From Octopus bimaculoides (lineage: Eukaryota), in NCBI RefSeq assembly GCF_001194135.2, contig NC_069003.1, positions 23,102,149-23,150,076 on the forward strand: a stretch of 47,928 nt of DNA. The letters run 5' to 3'. The notes beneath the pieces are model-generated. The model saw only the letters and a program-made list of their open reading frames with translations, was not told the origin of the DNA and searched no databases. This document shows, one piece after another, positions 37,378-47,928 of the stretch (position 1 is the stretch's first letter; each line of letters begins with the position of its first letter). A program made the position numbers and the translations under genes.

Positions 37378-37942
37378 GAGTGAGAGAGCAGTGCATGCCA
37401 TCAAAATGACACTGGGGGTAAAATATACGAAACCCAATATACCCATCATGACTACCCGTTTGATAACGGTACACCAGATACATATGGTATCACAACCATA
37501 TGTGCGCAACATGGTGATCTCATATCAAGATAAACAGCGAATGACCTCGCAGGTGGGGCCCAGTTAGAATTTTCTTCAGGTCGGGTAGCCCATCCTGCTC
37601 AAAAGGTCCCTGAATAAGGTTTGTTTAAGGATGTTTAGCAAAACACCCATGTTTCCAAAGGTGAATTATTCAAATCCCAAAGAATTCCTCTCAACACATG
37701 ACTATGATGCTCCCCCACTACTTCTGCTCATGATCAGAGATGCACATATCGTCAGCCACTAAGGGACATGCTCAACTGGTTAAGGTCAAACAACTGACAA
37801 GCAAATCTGTGGTATTGAGCAGAATATTTGCTGCAGCCCATCTTTTTATACCAAGACAAAACAATGTACATGATAACACTTCCAATCAGTTAAGATCAGA
37901 AGCCATGAGAGCCACTGCCTGGAACTGCATCCGGGCACGTGT
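37378..37942 (-). mobile_element. 565-bp retroposon-like element embedded in (TAA)n
   Basis: Non-coding, GC-richer block with sharp edges, flanked on both sides by (ATT)n; recalled as a common octopus repeat. Confidence 0.6.
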
Positions 37943-37946
37943 ATTA

Positions 37947-37977
<31 letters not shown>

Positions 37978-38337
37978 GTACATATACTAACGTATATAAT
38001 TTGTGTATTTTCCGGTGGCTGCAATGGCGTAGCGGAGATATAAACTCTCATGTCACCGGTGTTAAAACCTTAGTCATGGACGGATGAGACAACTCACTCT
38101 CAAATCCCATTTCGGAGTGAAGGACATCAATGCTTCGCCTTTTGTAGCTTGTCAGCATCACGCACCCTAATAGGATGAGTGCGACTTACCTAGCCAGCCC
38201 ACGACTTTCATGGTCATGTAGCCAGCAGAAAATACAAAAAACACATACATTAGTGTATGTATTTAATAATATTTATTACGCTAGAACTACTTTTACTTCA
38301 TATGAATATACATATATATTTCTCCATATTTTTTCAG

Positions 38338-38535
38338 GAAAAATGATGAAGTTGTTGCTGAACTTTATTCTTTCGAGGATTTTCCAACTCCAATGAATAT
38401 GTTTTCTCGAGGCGTTCAGAACAACCAAAAGAGTATTCAGGCCAAAGATGCGCTCATCCAAGAATTTTGTGTTGAACTTATCAACATGTCTCTTCACCCA
38501 AGTGAATACAATATCAAGGTCTCTCGGCAATCAAA
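38338..38535 (+). CDS. Internal protein-coding exon of an unidentified gene (KNDEVVAELYSFEDFPTPMNMFSRGVQNNQKSIQAKDALIQEFCVELINMSLHPSEYNIKVSRQS)
   Basis: Acceptor TTTCTCCATATTTTTTCAG, donor AAA|GTAAGT, 198 bp, 65 open codons, symmetric phase 2-2, non-repetitive sequence. Confidence 0.72.
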
Positions 38536-38665
38536 GTAAGTCACATCTATTCTATCTTGTACAACAGTCTTGAAATTTGGCCTCTCAGAACCGAACAATA
38601 TCTCTAGAAAATATATGATAAAAATAGCCGATAGATATTCGAAAATCAAAATTAAATCAAAGTTG

Positions 38666-38724
<59 letters not shown>

Positions 38725-38726
38725 TA

Positions 38727-38890
38727 CGACCGGCTTCTTTCAGTTTCCGCCTACCAAATCCACTCGCAAGGCTTTGGTCGGCCCGAGGCTATAGTTGAAG
38801 ACACTTGCCCAAGGTGCCACGCAGTGGGAATGAACCCGGAACCATGTGGTTGGTAAGCAAGCTACTTACCACACAGCCACTCCTACGCCT
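38727..38890 (-). mobile_element. SINE family B 5' half
   Basis: Reverse complement of head and body. Confidence 0.88.
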
Positions 38891-38892
38891 AA

Positions 38893-39271
38893 GCGCAGGC
38901 GTAGCTGTGTGATAATAAGTTTCTTTCCCAACTATATGGTTCTGGGTTCAATCCCGCTGCATGGCACCTTGGGTAACCCGTTTGAGTGGATTTGGTAGAC
39001 GGGAAGTGAAAGCGGCCCATCATATATATACAAATGTGTATGAGTGTGTGTGTGTCTTTGTGTCTGTGTTAGTCCCCACCAATGCATGACAACCGTTGTT
39101 GGTTTGTTCACGTCTCTGTAGTATCGGTTCGGCAGTAAAGAAACCGATGCAATAAGCGCCAGGCTTTAAAAAAATAAGCCCTGGGGTCAATTCATTCGAC
39201 TAAATGTTCTTCAAGGCGGCGCTCCAGCGTGGCCGCAGTCTAATTGACTGAAACAAATAATAGATAAAAGA
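38893..39271 (+). mobile_element. SINE family B, near full length
   Basis: GCGCAGGCGTAGCTGTGTG head through GACTGAAACAAATAA; about 40-bp internal deletion. Confidence 0.88.
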
Positions 39272-39973
39272 TTTGTATATATACGTATCTATATTATAAT
39301 GGAGAAAGCTTCTTATTAATTAGGTATGTAACAATTACTAAAAGTACTAAAAGAAAGCAATTATTAAAGAGTTGACCGTCTGGAAATATTTTTATAAATT
39401 CATGTTCTAACAAATTTCCTATAATTTCGATTTGTGTAAGTTCTTGAATGTTTTTAATTCCAATTTCTCGCAAATTTAAATATTCATTGCATTCACTGCG
39501 TCCAATTCACAAATTTAAATATTCATTGCATTCACCGCGGTGTATTCCATTCTCATTTTGCAAAGTCTCTCACTTTTTCTTTTAAGTCTTTATTCACTAT
39601 TTGGAAAACCGACAGTTTATTCTATTAATGTATACATAATATATTATTTATTATTCTATTAATGTATACGTAATTTATTATATACTATTCTATTTATTGA
39701 ATGAAATTTTTTTAAATACCCGTATAATTTTTGAACGCGAGATATCTGTGAGAAGAGCTTAGAAAGTTGGATAATTACTTTAAGAAAACGAGGAGAAAAA
39801 AAAAGTTACCGTCAAGTACTTGAAACTTGCACCTTATTCAAAGGTTCCAAACACTGTACCGCTAAGCCAATATATATATATATATATATGCAAACAAGTA
39901 GAACGAGCAACTTCATTAGTGACACACTTGCGCACACACATTGATACACATACACACAAATGAAAAGCAATGA

Positions 39974-40035
<62 letters not shown>

Positions 40036-40158
40036 ACTGTTCACTGACAAAACTTCGTGCTGCATTACTTTTGTAAAGTTTTGTCAGTGAACAGGTTGCG
40101 GTTTGAAATCGAAGAAAATATTTTGACACAAATGAAATTTTGATGTTGAAGTGAAACT

Positions 40159-40349
40159 GGTACTACTTAAATACAGGTGTTACGTACAAAACATTTTAAA
40201 TTTACGCTGTGTGGACGTGTAATGACACCCTAACCCTAACTAACCCTAAAACTAGCCCTGACCTTAAATCTAAAAACTAACCCTAAAACTAGCCCTCCCC
40301 TTCATATCGTTACGCAGATGCATCGGGACCTCTGTATTTAAGTAGAGCC
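40159..40349. mobile_element. 191-bp MITE with an 8-bp TSD (Merlin-like), carrying telomeric-type repeats
   Basis: TIRs GGTACTACTTAAATACAG / CTGTATTTAAGTAGAGCC; perfect TSD GTGAAACT at 40151-40158 and 40350-40357; internal CCCTAA variants. Confidence 0.8.
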
Positions 40350-41376
40350 GTGAAACTAATGATTTCTGCGTGTTCTTGAATGGCTTACAAACATCTACGC
40401 TGCAATTGTTTTTGTTTCAGCACACGATCTCAGATCAAGTCACTTGCTATGCAAGTACATCTCCGTAATCTTTTAAAAATCACTGTGGATAAATACCAGC
40501 AATGACCTTCTCAGGTTCTCAAATATTTTAATTTCTAAACAGAAACAATCGGGGGCAGGGTGTGGAGTTGCAAAAAATTCCTGTTTTCTCAAATATTCTT
40601 TTTTATAGCATATAAATGCATTTATGGGGGGAAATATTGAAAAACATCAATACATGCGAGAGTAATAAAAAAACGAGGAGGGTTGTCTTTGAATATGCTA
40701 GAAACAACAGCCAAATCGCCCTTAAATCACTCTTCCCTCTGAAAATATTAACAATTAAATTTTTTTTTACCGAAAATGTTCTTCCCATGGTTTTGAAGTG
40801 CAAAAAAAAAAAAATTGGCCAAAATAGGTCCGGAGTGAGATGATGAGGGAGGGGGTGTAAAAAAGAGTTTACAAAACTGTTTTCATACAAAGATGCCCCC
40901 ACCACCCCATCATTTAGAAAACTGTGGTTTAGAAGAATGAGAGAAATCTCTGGAAAAATTTCCCCCACAAATTTCTTTATAATCGTAATCTATGCCGTTT
41001 GAAAGGGATTTGTATAAATTTTCATTAAAAGATNNNNNNNNNNNNNNNNNNNNNNNNNNNNNNNNNNNNNNNNNNNNNNNNNNNNNNNNNNNNNNNNNNN
41101 NNNNNNNNNNNNNNNNNNNNNNNNNNNNNNNNNNNNNNNNNNNNNNNNNNNNNNNNNNNNNNNNNNNNNNNNNNNNNNNNNNNNNNNNNNNNNNNNNNNN
41201 NNNNNNNNNNNNNNNNNNNNNNNNNNNNNNNNNNNNNNNNNNNNNNNNNNNNNNNNNNNNNNNNNNNNNNNNNNNNNNNNNNNNNNNNNNNNNNNNNNNN
41301 NNNNNNNNNNNNNNNNNNNNNNNNNNNNNNNNNNNNNNNNNNNNNNNNNNNNNNNNNNNNNNNNNNNNNNNNNNNN

Positions 41377-41438
<62 letters not shown>

Positions 41439-41470
41439 TCTGTCTTACATACACACTGCAAAGCTTACAG

Positions 41471-41513
41471 AAGGGCTGCTAAATTGAAATCTCTATGTTG
41501 CTTTGAGGGGAAG
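41471..41513 (+). CDS. Candidate short exon, 43 bp (RAAKLKSLCCFEGK)
   Basis: Acceptor CTTACAG downstream of (CT)n, donor AAG|GTAAAA; its phase-2 start is compatible with the 38338 exon. Confidence 0.25.
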
Positions 41514-42163
41514 GTAAAACTGGACAGACTGCTTCTCTCTCTATTGTTGGACTACTATGATGTTTGTTTAAAAAGGAGAGATTATGACTGTGATAAAATA
41601 ATGAAAGCAATACTTACTAAGCAAGTGAGCAGTGAGCACTATTATACAAAGAAATAATTAGACGTAAAATATAAAAATTATTAGAATGGGGAATCAAATG
41701 TGAAAATATTAACAAGGGGCTAGCAGAAAACTTCCCGGAGGGTGGTCTTTCTGCTAGTCTAATATGTGATTCAAGTGATCACTACGTATTGTTTCATGAT
41801 CCTAAGTCATACGTGCGTAATTCAATCTTCAGGTGCATAAACCACTCACAGCAGCCTTGAGTGGAGCGTAAGAAGTAAAACATCTGCTCTGTAACAAGTA
41901 AAATTTCAGACTTCGGTGCTAACTCATGTTGTTATGTGAAGTATTCGGCTTCCATTGAAATGTTGGTGCTAAAATTATTGAATACATACATACACGAATA
42001 TGCGTGCTTGTGTTTGTGCGCCCTCATACAAACATACACTCGAATATCTATTAAATAAAGAATGGATTAAAATTTTAAATAATTTATATAGATATACTGC
42101 AGACCAAAAATTAGAATTGGTGTGTGTGTGTGTGTGTGTGTCTGTGTCTCTCTATCTATAAAA

Positions 42164-42375
42164 GCGGCGTGGTGTTAGAATCGTTAGCGCACCGGACAAT
42201 AATTTTAGCAGCATTTCATCTGTCTCTACATTCCGAGTTCAAATGCCACCGAAGTCGACTTTGCCTTTAATCCTTTCGGGGTCGATAAAATAAGTACAAA
42301 TTGAGTACTTGGATTGATGAAATCGCCTAGCCTCCTCCTCCATAATTTCAGGTCTTGTACCTATAATATAAAGGA
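42164..42375 (+). mobile_element. SINE family A
   Basis: GCGGCGTGGTGTTAGAATCGTTAGCGCACCGG..GAGTTCAAATGCC..TCCTTTCGGGGTCGATAAAATAAGTAC. Confidence 0.82.
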
Positions 42376-42394
42376 TGTATGTATATATCGCCTC

Positions 42395-43400
42395 GCCCCT
42401 TAGCCTATAGGCTTTGCCTGAGTAGGAGTTGCTCGAACTCATTTAGCCTTCGGCTACGGAAAGTTTTCATCTGCGGTCTCTTGTCAACCATAGCTACTTG
42501 AGCTGGTTTTAGCTGCCATGCCTTTCTTCGTGGCGGCTTTCTTCAGTCGTTTGTATTCGTTTGTATACCAGTCAGACGGCACTGGCATCGGCCCCTCTCG
42601 AATGGTGTTTTTTCCTGCAACGGCTACGATTTCACTCGTAGACTATAGCCTACACCACCAGATATTTAAAGCATCTCAGCAGTGATTCCTGATGGACCGG
42701 GGGATTTCTCTGTCTTCATACCGTTAATTGCTTTATCTACCAAGGCACTGTCAATTCAGATAGCTAATCCCTCTGTTGGGTCGATGTTTGGCAAACTCTC
42801 TTTCTCCCATTCATTCTCTTAATTCAGTAACCTTTCATAGTGGCGTCACCAAGTCTCTCTCTTTGCAGCATCATTAAATGCAAGTGAGCCATCATCCATG
42901 CGGACACATTTCTCTCCTATGACATCACAATTTTCTCTCACACACTGCCTTGTAATTCGAAACACTTCAAGTCTCTGGTCCTCACGACACAGAACATTGG
43001 TAAATTTCTTCTTATCTGCTTCCCTTCTGGCTAAGTAAACATGTCTCCTCGCTTCCCTTCTAGCTATCTGATACGGTTCCTTGCTACTACTACACTTCTA
43101 GTCCTTCCATGCCTGTTTCTTTTCCCTACTGGCCCTGTAAACTACATTGTTCCACCACCATGTCATCTTAGTACGAGAGGGGACTTTGCACCAGCTACAG
43201 ATCTGGTTAGTAGTTTTCAATAGGTTGTCCCGTAGGAACCTCCAGTCGTTCTCCATATTATGTGATGTTACATCCTCTTCTTTTTTGTCAAAAACTTCAA
43301 GTAATATGTCTCTAAATCTTTGTCCATTCAGAAGATCTTTAAGCTTTCGGACCCTTCTTTTCCACACTGGTCGTCTTTTGGGCAGCCATTTAGTCCTAAG
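42395..43400 (-). mobile_element. RTE-X-like LINE fragment (region between endonuclease and RT, plus possible 3' piece)
   Basis: TWWWNNVV.RA.REKKQAWK, EKCVRMDDGSLAF, KAINGMKTEKSPGPSGITAEMLK on the minus strand. Confidence 0.8.
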
Positions 43401-43490
43401 GATTTCGTAATGAGATAAAAAAACCAAGGGTGTGTATAATATATTATACACAGCCTTGGTTTTTTTTTTTATTTCATTACGAAATCCTTA
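43397..43490. repeat. 94-bp near-perfect palindrome bounded by TA
   Basis: TAAGGATTTCGTAATGAGATAAAAAAACCAAGGGTGTGTATAAT mirrored by ATTATACACAGCCTTGGTTTTTTTTTTTATTTCATTACGAAATCCTTA. Confidence 0.92.
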
Positions 43491-44397
43491 TATTCACACG
43501 CTAATATATGACCTACGTTGGACCCCTTCTTCACATAATCACCGAACCTGGAGCTTAACTATGGTCTATCCACAGCACTTACTCAGCATTACCTGAAACC
43601 TCTGGGTCTAATTGACACAACTTTCGCTCATAACCTATATNNNNNNNNNNNNNNNNNNNNNNNNNNNNNNNNNNNNNNNNNNNNNNNNNNNNNNNNTATA
43701 TATATATATATATATATATATATTCACATAATACATACATACATACATACATACATACATACATAACCGTTTCAAAGCGCTTGACAACAGTCTGCCAAGA
43801 CATCCCTTCTTCTAATTTGTTGTCTTCTTTATTCGATTCTTTTGAGTAATTATCTTGTCTTAGGTAGAAATATTGTGCTTTGAATGAACGTCTCTGTATT
43901 TCTAGTATCGTCTCCAGTGTGTATCCAATCTTCTACACAAACAGCATTAAGCTTGTACAGTGAATTCGTTTCTAGAGATAATTTGATAGGTTTCATCAGT
44001 TCTCGTACATCAGACACCTTCGTTTTTTTTAGTAGATTTAGAATCCTTCTAAACCTTTGCCTTGATCACACTCTAAATCTGCAAACATTACGTGCAAGTT
44101 TAACTTTCGTCAAGCTCTTAAAATATTTCAAGTTTGACAGCGTTGTACAAGTGTAAATGATAGCATTGTTGATTATAACACTGCATTGGAAATTTATATG
44201 GTTGACATTGTTGCTCAGTATTTTCCTCATCAATCCAATTTTATGACAACATTTAAAGTTTCGAGTTGGCTCGTTGACCTATGAATGTAACGTTTGTTGG
44301 CAAGAAGCTTGCCTACATATTCTTGCAACCCGACACTAGGTTTATTGATGTGGGTGGGCCTACAGCTGTTGAGAAGAACCGTTTGCCTCTTACCTAT

Positions 44398-44655
44398 TGT
44401 TTCACTCATTAGACTTCGACCATGCTGCGGCAACGCCTCGAAGAACTTTAGCCGAACTAATCGACTCTAGTAGTATTCTATTTTGGTACTAATTCCATCG
44501 GCTTTTTTTGCCGAACTGTTAAGTTACTGAGACGTAAACACCAGCACTAGTTGTCAACATACACGCACACACACACAGTCACACGCACGCACACACAGTC
44601 ACACGCACACACAGTCACACGCACGCACACAGTCACACGCACACACAGTCACACG

Positions 44656-44691
<36 letters not shown>

Positions 44692-44850
44692 AGAGCGGTT
44701 TCTTTCAGTTTCTGTCTAACAAAATCCACTCACAAGTCTTTGGTCGGCACGCGGCTATACTAGAAGATAATCATCCAAAGTGCCACGCAATGAGACTGAA
44801 CCCGGAACTATATGGTTGGGAAGCAAACTTCTTAGCACACAACCATGCCT
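44398..44850 (-). mobile_element. SINE family B with an expanded (CACAGT/CA)n internal tract
   Basis: Tail, body and head all recognisable on the minus strand. Confidence 0.82.
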
Positions 44851-45586
44851 AGCTGACACTTTGTATTTATGTTTCCCACAATTTCCTTAACTTCCGGGGA
44901 ATTGATGGAATAAAATCATAAGTGAACCATCGCGAAATATCATATGCATTTGTCTATCCAAGTTCTCATTTCGGTTTTATAGGTGGTAAGAAAGTAAATA
45001 ATGCCGTTAAAGAAATTTGCAAATGACCAAAAGCTTAATTTTATGCTGAACTGAAACACTAACACACGTAAATCTGGTTAATCTTACCTTACTAAGCTTA
45101 TTTCGTTCCTGGTTTCCATTCAAAGTTTTGTGAGCAAATAGTTTCAATGAATCACTGTTTTACAATTTATATAAATTTGGTCTGCTGCTAGATCATAGTA
45201 AATGATCATATATCTTTTTAATGTTGCACTGTGTATGAGTCAGCTAGCTATCTAATAATTTCTTTTAATATCGTGACGAATCTTGAAGCTCTTTAGCATT
45301 ACATAATCAAATACGTACTCTGATTCAATGTTCATTTGCTCCTTAAAAGACGTTGTTTTAGCAATAAGCATCGACACAAAACGGCTATACTTCCTGACAG
45401 TTTTAATACAAATCATTTGTACAATACTTTCTCGGTGTTTTCCAATGAAATCTTTGTCTTAGAAATTATCTTTTAAGGTTTGGGTAAAGCTGTAAATACA
45501 GTAATTTTATTATTCACCTTTTCCTAAATTGTATGCTTTCAGATATTGTATGATTCCGTGGGAAGATTATTGCTTTAGTCTTTAAA

Positions 45587-45976
45587 AGTGGTTAGGGCAG
45601 CGGACTCGCGGTCATAGGATCATGGTTTCGATTCCCAGACCAGGCGTTGTGAGTGTTTATTGAGCGAAAACACCTAAAGCTCCACGAGGCTCCGGCAGGG
45701 GATGGTGGTGAACCCTACTGTACTCTTTCACCACAACTTTCTCTCACTCTTACTTCTTGTTTCTGCTGTGCCTGTAATTCAAAGGGTCAGCCTTGTCACA
45801 CTGTGTCACGCTGAATATTCCCGAGAACTACGTTAAGGGTACACATGTGTGTGGAGTGCTCAGCCACTTGCACGTTAATTTCACGAGCAGGCTGTTCCGT
45901 TGATCGGGTCAACTGGAACCCTCGACGTCGCAAGCGACGGGGTGCCAGCAACAACAACAACAACAACAACAACAAC
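45587..45976 (+). mobile_element. SINE family C, head slightly truncated
   Basis: Close match to 10587-10970; (CAA)n tail. Confidence 0.9.
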
Positions 45977-46071
45977 CTATTTTATCCCTCAAATTGTCTT
46001 TCTCTTCATGCAAAGAACTTCATCTATTTCAGGAGTATAAGGTTTGTAAATATATATGCTATATATGCTAA

Positions 46072-46190
46072 ATTTCCCGTTGCTCCAGTCCCCTCAGCTG
46101 GTAGAAATGAATAATCCTGCGATGGACCGGCGCCCCGTTCATGAAGGAATACATACGCCAGGGAAACTGGTCAAACCGGCCCTATGCTCC
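46072..46190 (+). mobile_element. SINE internal fragment
   Basis: GTTGCTCCAGTCCCCTCAGCTGGTAG is shared with the SINEs at 1100-1435 and 3383-3727. Confidence 0.55.
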
Positions 46191-46234
46191 TTACGGAGTT
46201 AAGTGGACTAACCAATACATGTTAAATGGGAAAA

Positions 46235-46735
46235 GTAGACAAAAAATACGGTTGTTCCGTAAAGCTTGTGTGAGATGGGTGCCTGGAGAGCTTACCGAGG
46301 CGCATAAGTGTAATCATCTGTCAACGCTTATTTAACCGCTACAACGACGAAGCTCACTTTGAGCCAGAATCCAAAAGGTAGAGCATGGTGTGGAAACACT
46401 CGGAATCGCCAGCGAAAACGAAATTCAAGACTAAACCTTCAGCAGATAAAAGTGGTGCTAACTGTATTGGGGGACGTAAAGGGGATTGTACGGGAATATT
46501 ACTACGAAAGAGGGTCTACAGTCACCAGTGTAGGCTACAGAGAAATCTGGCCAACAAACAGAAACCGGCAATTTTTGCATCAAACACCGCAGCCCGTTGT
46601 CAAAGCAAGTGTTACTCTTGCATGACAATACAAATCCACATATGGCCGCCCACACCATTGAAGCCATTGAAAAATTGGATTTCAAGTTGCTGGAACATGC
46701 GGCATTCAGTCCAGATCTCATTCCTTTCGGTCAAC
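46235..46735 (+). mobile_element. Mariner (DD34D-type) transposase fragment, decayed
   Basis: RKACVRWVPGELT, HFEPESKR.SMVWKH, LLLHDNTNPH, LEHAAFSPDLIP (compare HPPYSPDLAP). Confidence 0.88.
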
Positions 46736-46896
46736 CACCTCTTTGGACCGTCCCAACATCCTTTACTAGGTCGTCGGTTAGGGTTAGGGTTAGGAGGGTC
46801 TTTTCTCTGTGTTTACTTGTCCTGTTTTCCATTTTTTTCTCGTTGTTTACATATTTCATGATATTTGCACCGTATGTGACGTCCTCTACCCATATA

Positions 46897-46928
<32 letters not shown>

Positions 46929-47439
46929 NNNNNNNNNNNNNNNNNNNNNNNNNNNNNNNNNNNNNNNNNNNNNNNNNNNNNNNNNNNNNNNNNNNNNNNN
47001 NNNNNNNNNNNNNNNNNNNNNNNNNNNNNNNNNNNNNNNNNNNNNNNNNNNNNNNNNNNNNNNNNNNNNNNNNNNNNNNNNNNNNNNNNNNNNNNNNNNN
47101 NNNNNNNNNNNNNNNNNNNNNNNNNNNNNNNNNNNNNNNNNNNNNNNNNNNNNNNNNNNNNNNNNNNNNNNNNNNNNNNNNNNNNNNNNNNNNNNNNNNN
47201 NNNNNNNNNNNNNNNNNNNNNNNNNNNNNNNNNNNNNNNNNNNNNNNNNNNNNNNNNNNNNNNNNNNNNNNNNNNNNNNNNNNNNNNNNNNNNNNNNNNN
47301 NNNNNNNNNNNNNNNNNNNNNNNNNNNNNNNNNNNNNNNNNNNNNNNNNNNNNNNNNNNNNNNNNNNNNNNNNNNNNNNNNNNNNNNNNNNNNNNNNNNN
47401 NNNNNNNNNNNNNNNNNNNNNNNNNNNNNNNNNNNNNNN

Positions 47440-47464
<25 letters not shown>

Positions 47465-47472
<8 letters not shown>

Positions 47473-47682
47473 TTGTGTGTCTGTTTGTCTCCCTAGCATT
47501 GCTTGACAACCGATGCTGGTGTGTTTATGTCCCCGTCACTTAGCAGTTTGGCAAAGCAATTGATAGAATAAGTACCAGGCTTACAAAGAATAAGTCCTGG
47601 GGTCGATTTGCTCGACTAAAAGGCGGTGCTCCAGCATGGCCGGGTGTCAAAAATGACTGATACAAGTAAAAGAGTAAAAGAG
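47465..47682 (+). mobile_element. SINE family B 3' half
   Basis: GCTTGACAACCGATGCTGGTGTG..GGCGGTGCTCCAGCATGGCC..AGTAAAAGA. Confidence 0.85.
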
Positions 47683-47881
47683 ATAGATAAATAAATAGAG
47701 AGATAGGTAGATAGATACTTAATTAAATAGACAGATTTGCATACACCCACATTCTATATACATGTGCGTACACGAATATGGAAATTTAACACTTTCCGTC
47801 TATTCTTTCAACCTCTCTTTACTGTGTCTGTCTCAACTATTCTTTTTTACTACATACTTACATACATATATGCATACACAC

Positions 47882-47928
<47 letters not shown>

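Noticed and set aside
39471-39535. 26-bp direct repeat with 39-bp period, and other spaced repeats, as CRISPR-like
   Set aside because: Only two units, eukaryotic context and no cas genes; a simple local duplication
41717-41760. Hairpin GGCTAGCAGAAA..TTTCTGCTAGTC
   Set aside because: About 20 bp with a 3-nt loop and no lower stem, too short for a miRNA precursor
43884-44156. 90-aa ORF with a largely open antisense frame
   Set aside because: No recognisable domain, and no convincing splice-site pair
1380-45640. tRNA genes at sequences with A and B boxes
   Set aside because: All continue into SINE bodies and lack a complete cloverleaf
127-47543. Dozens of ORFs rich in CV, YI, HT, LS or poly-N/Q/R
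   Set aside because: They are translations of microsatellites, not genes
8389-47543. Long ORFs of 150-330 aa containing X runs
   Set aside because: They are open only because they span N gaps

Overview
AT-rich, repeat-dense animal genomic DNA with eight assembly gaps. The SINE and repeat landscape looks like an Octopus (coleoid cephalopod) genome; this is an inference from recalled repeat families, not a search result. Most of the window is intron-like: microsatellites, about 20 tRNA-derived SINE copies in at least 4 families, and decayed LINEs (RTE, RTE-X, R4/Dong-like, HERO-like, CR1-like). It also holds a truncated Mag-type Ty3/Gypsy element, mariner/Tc1 fragments, two inverted copies of a Buster-type hAT, and several MITEs. 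No ORF in the supplied track is a convincing intact host gene. However, a clean 198-bp + strand exon (38338-38535), which the track misses, suggests the window lies within a large gene. The most notable unexplained structures are a type I hammerhead ribozyme motif (9402-9475, - strand), a pri-miRNA-shaped hairpin (26882-26960), an old inverted duplication with a near-identical core, a head-to-head SINE pair beside the exon, a Merlin-like MITE carrying telomeric repeats, and a 94-bp palindrome. Most TE boundaries and all identity values are by-eye estimates.
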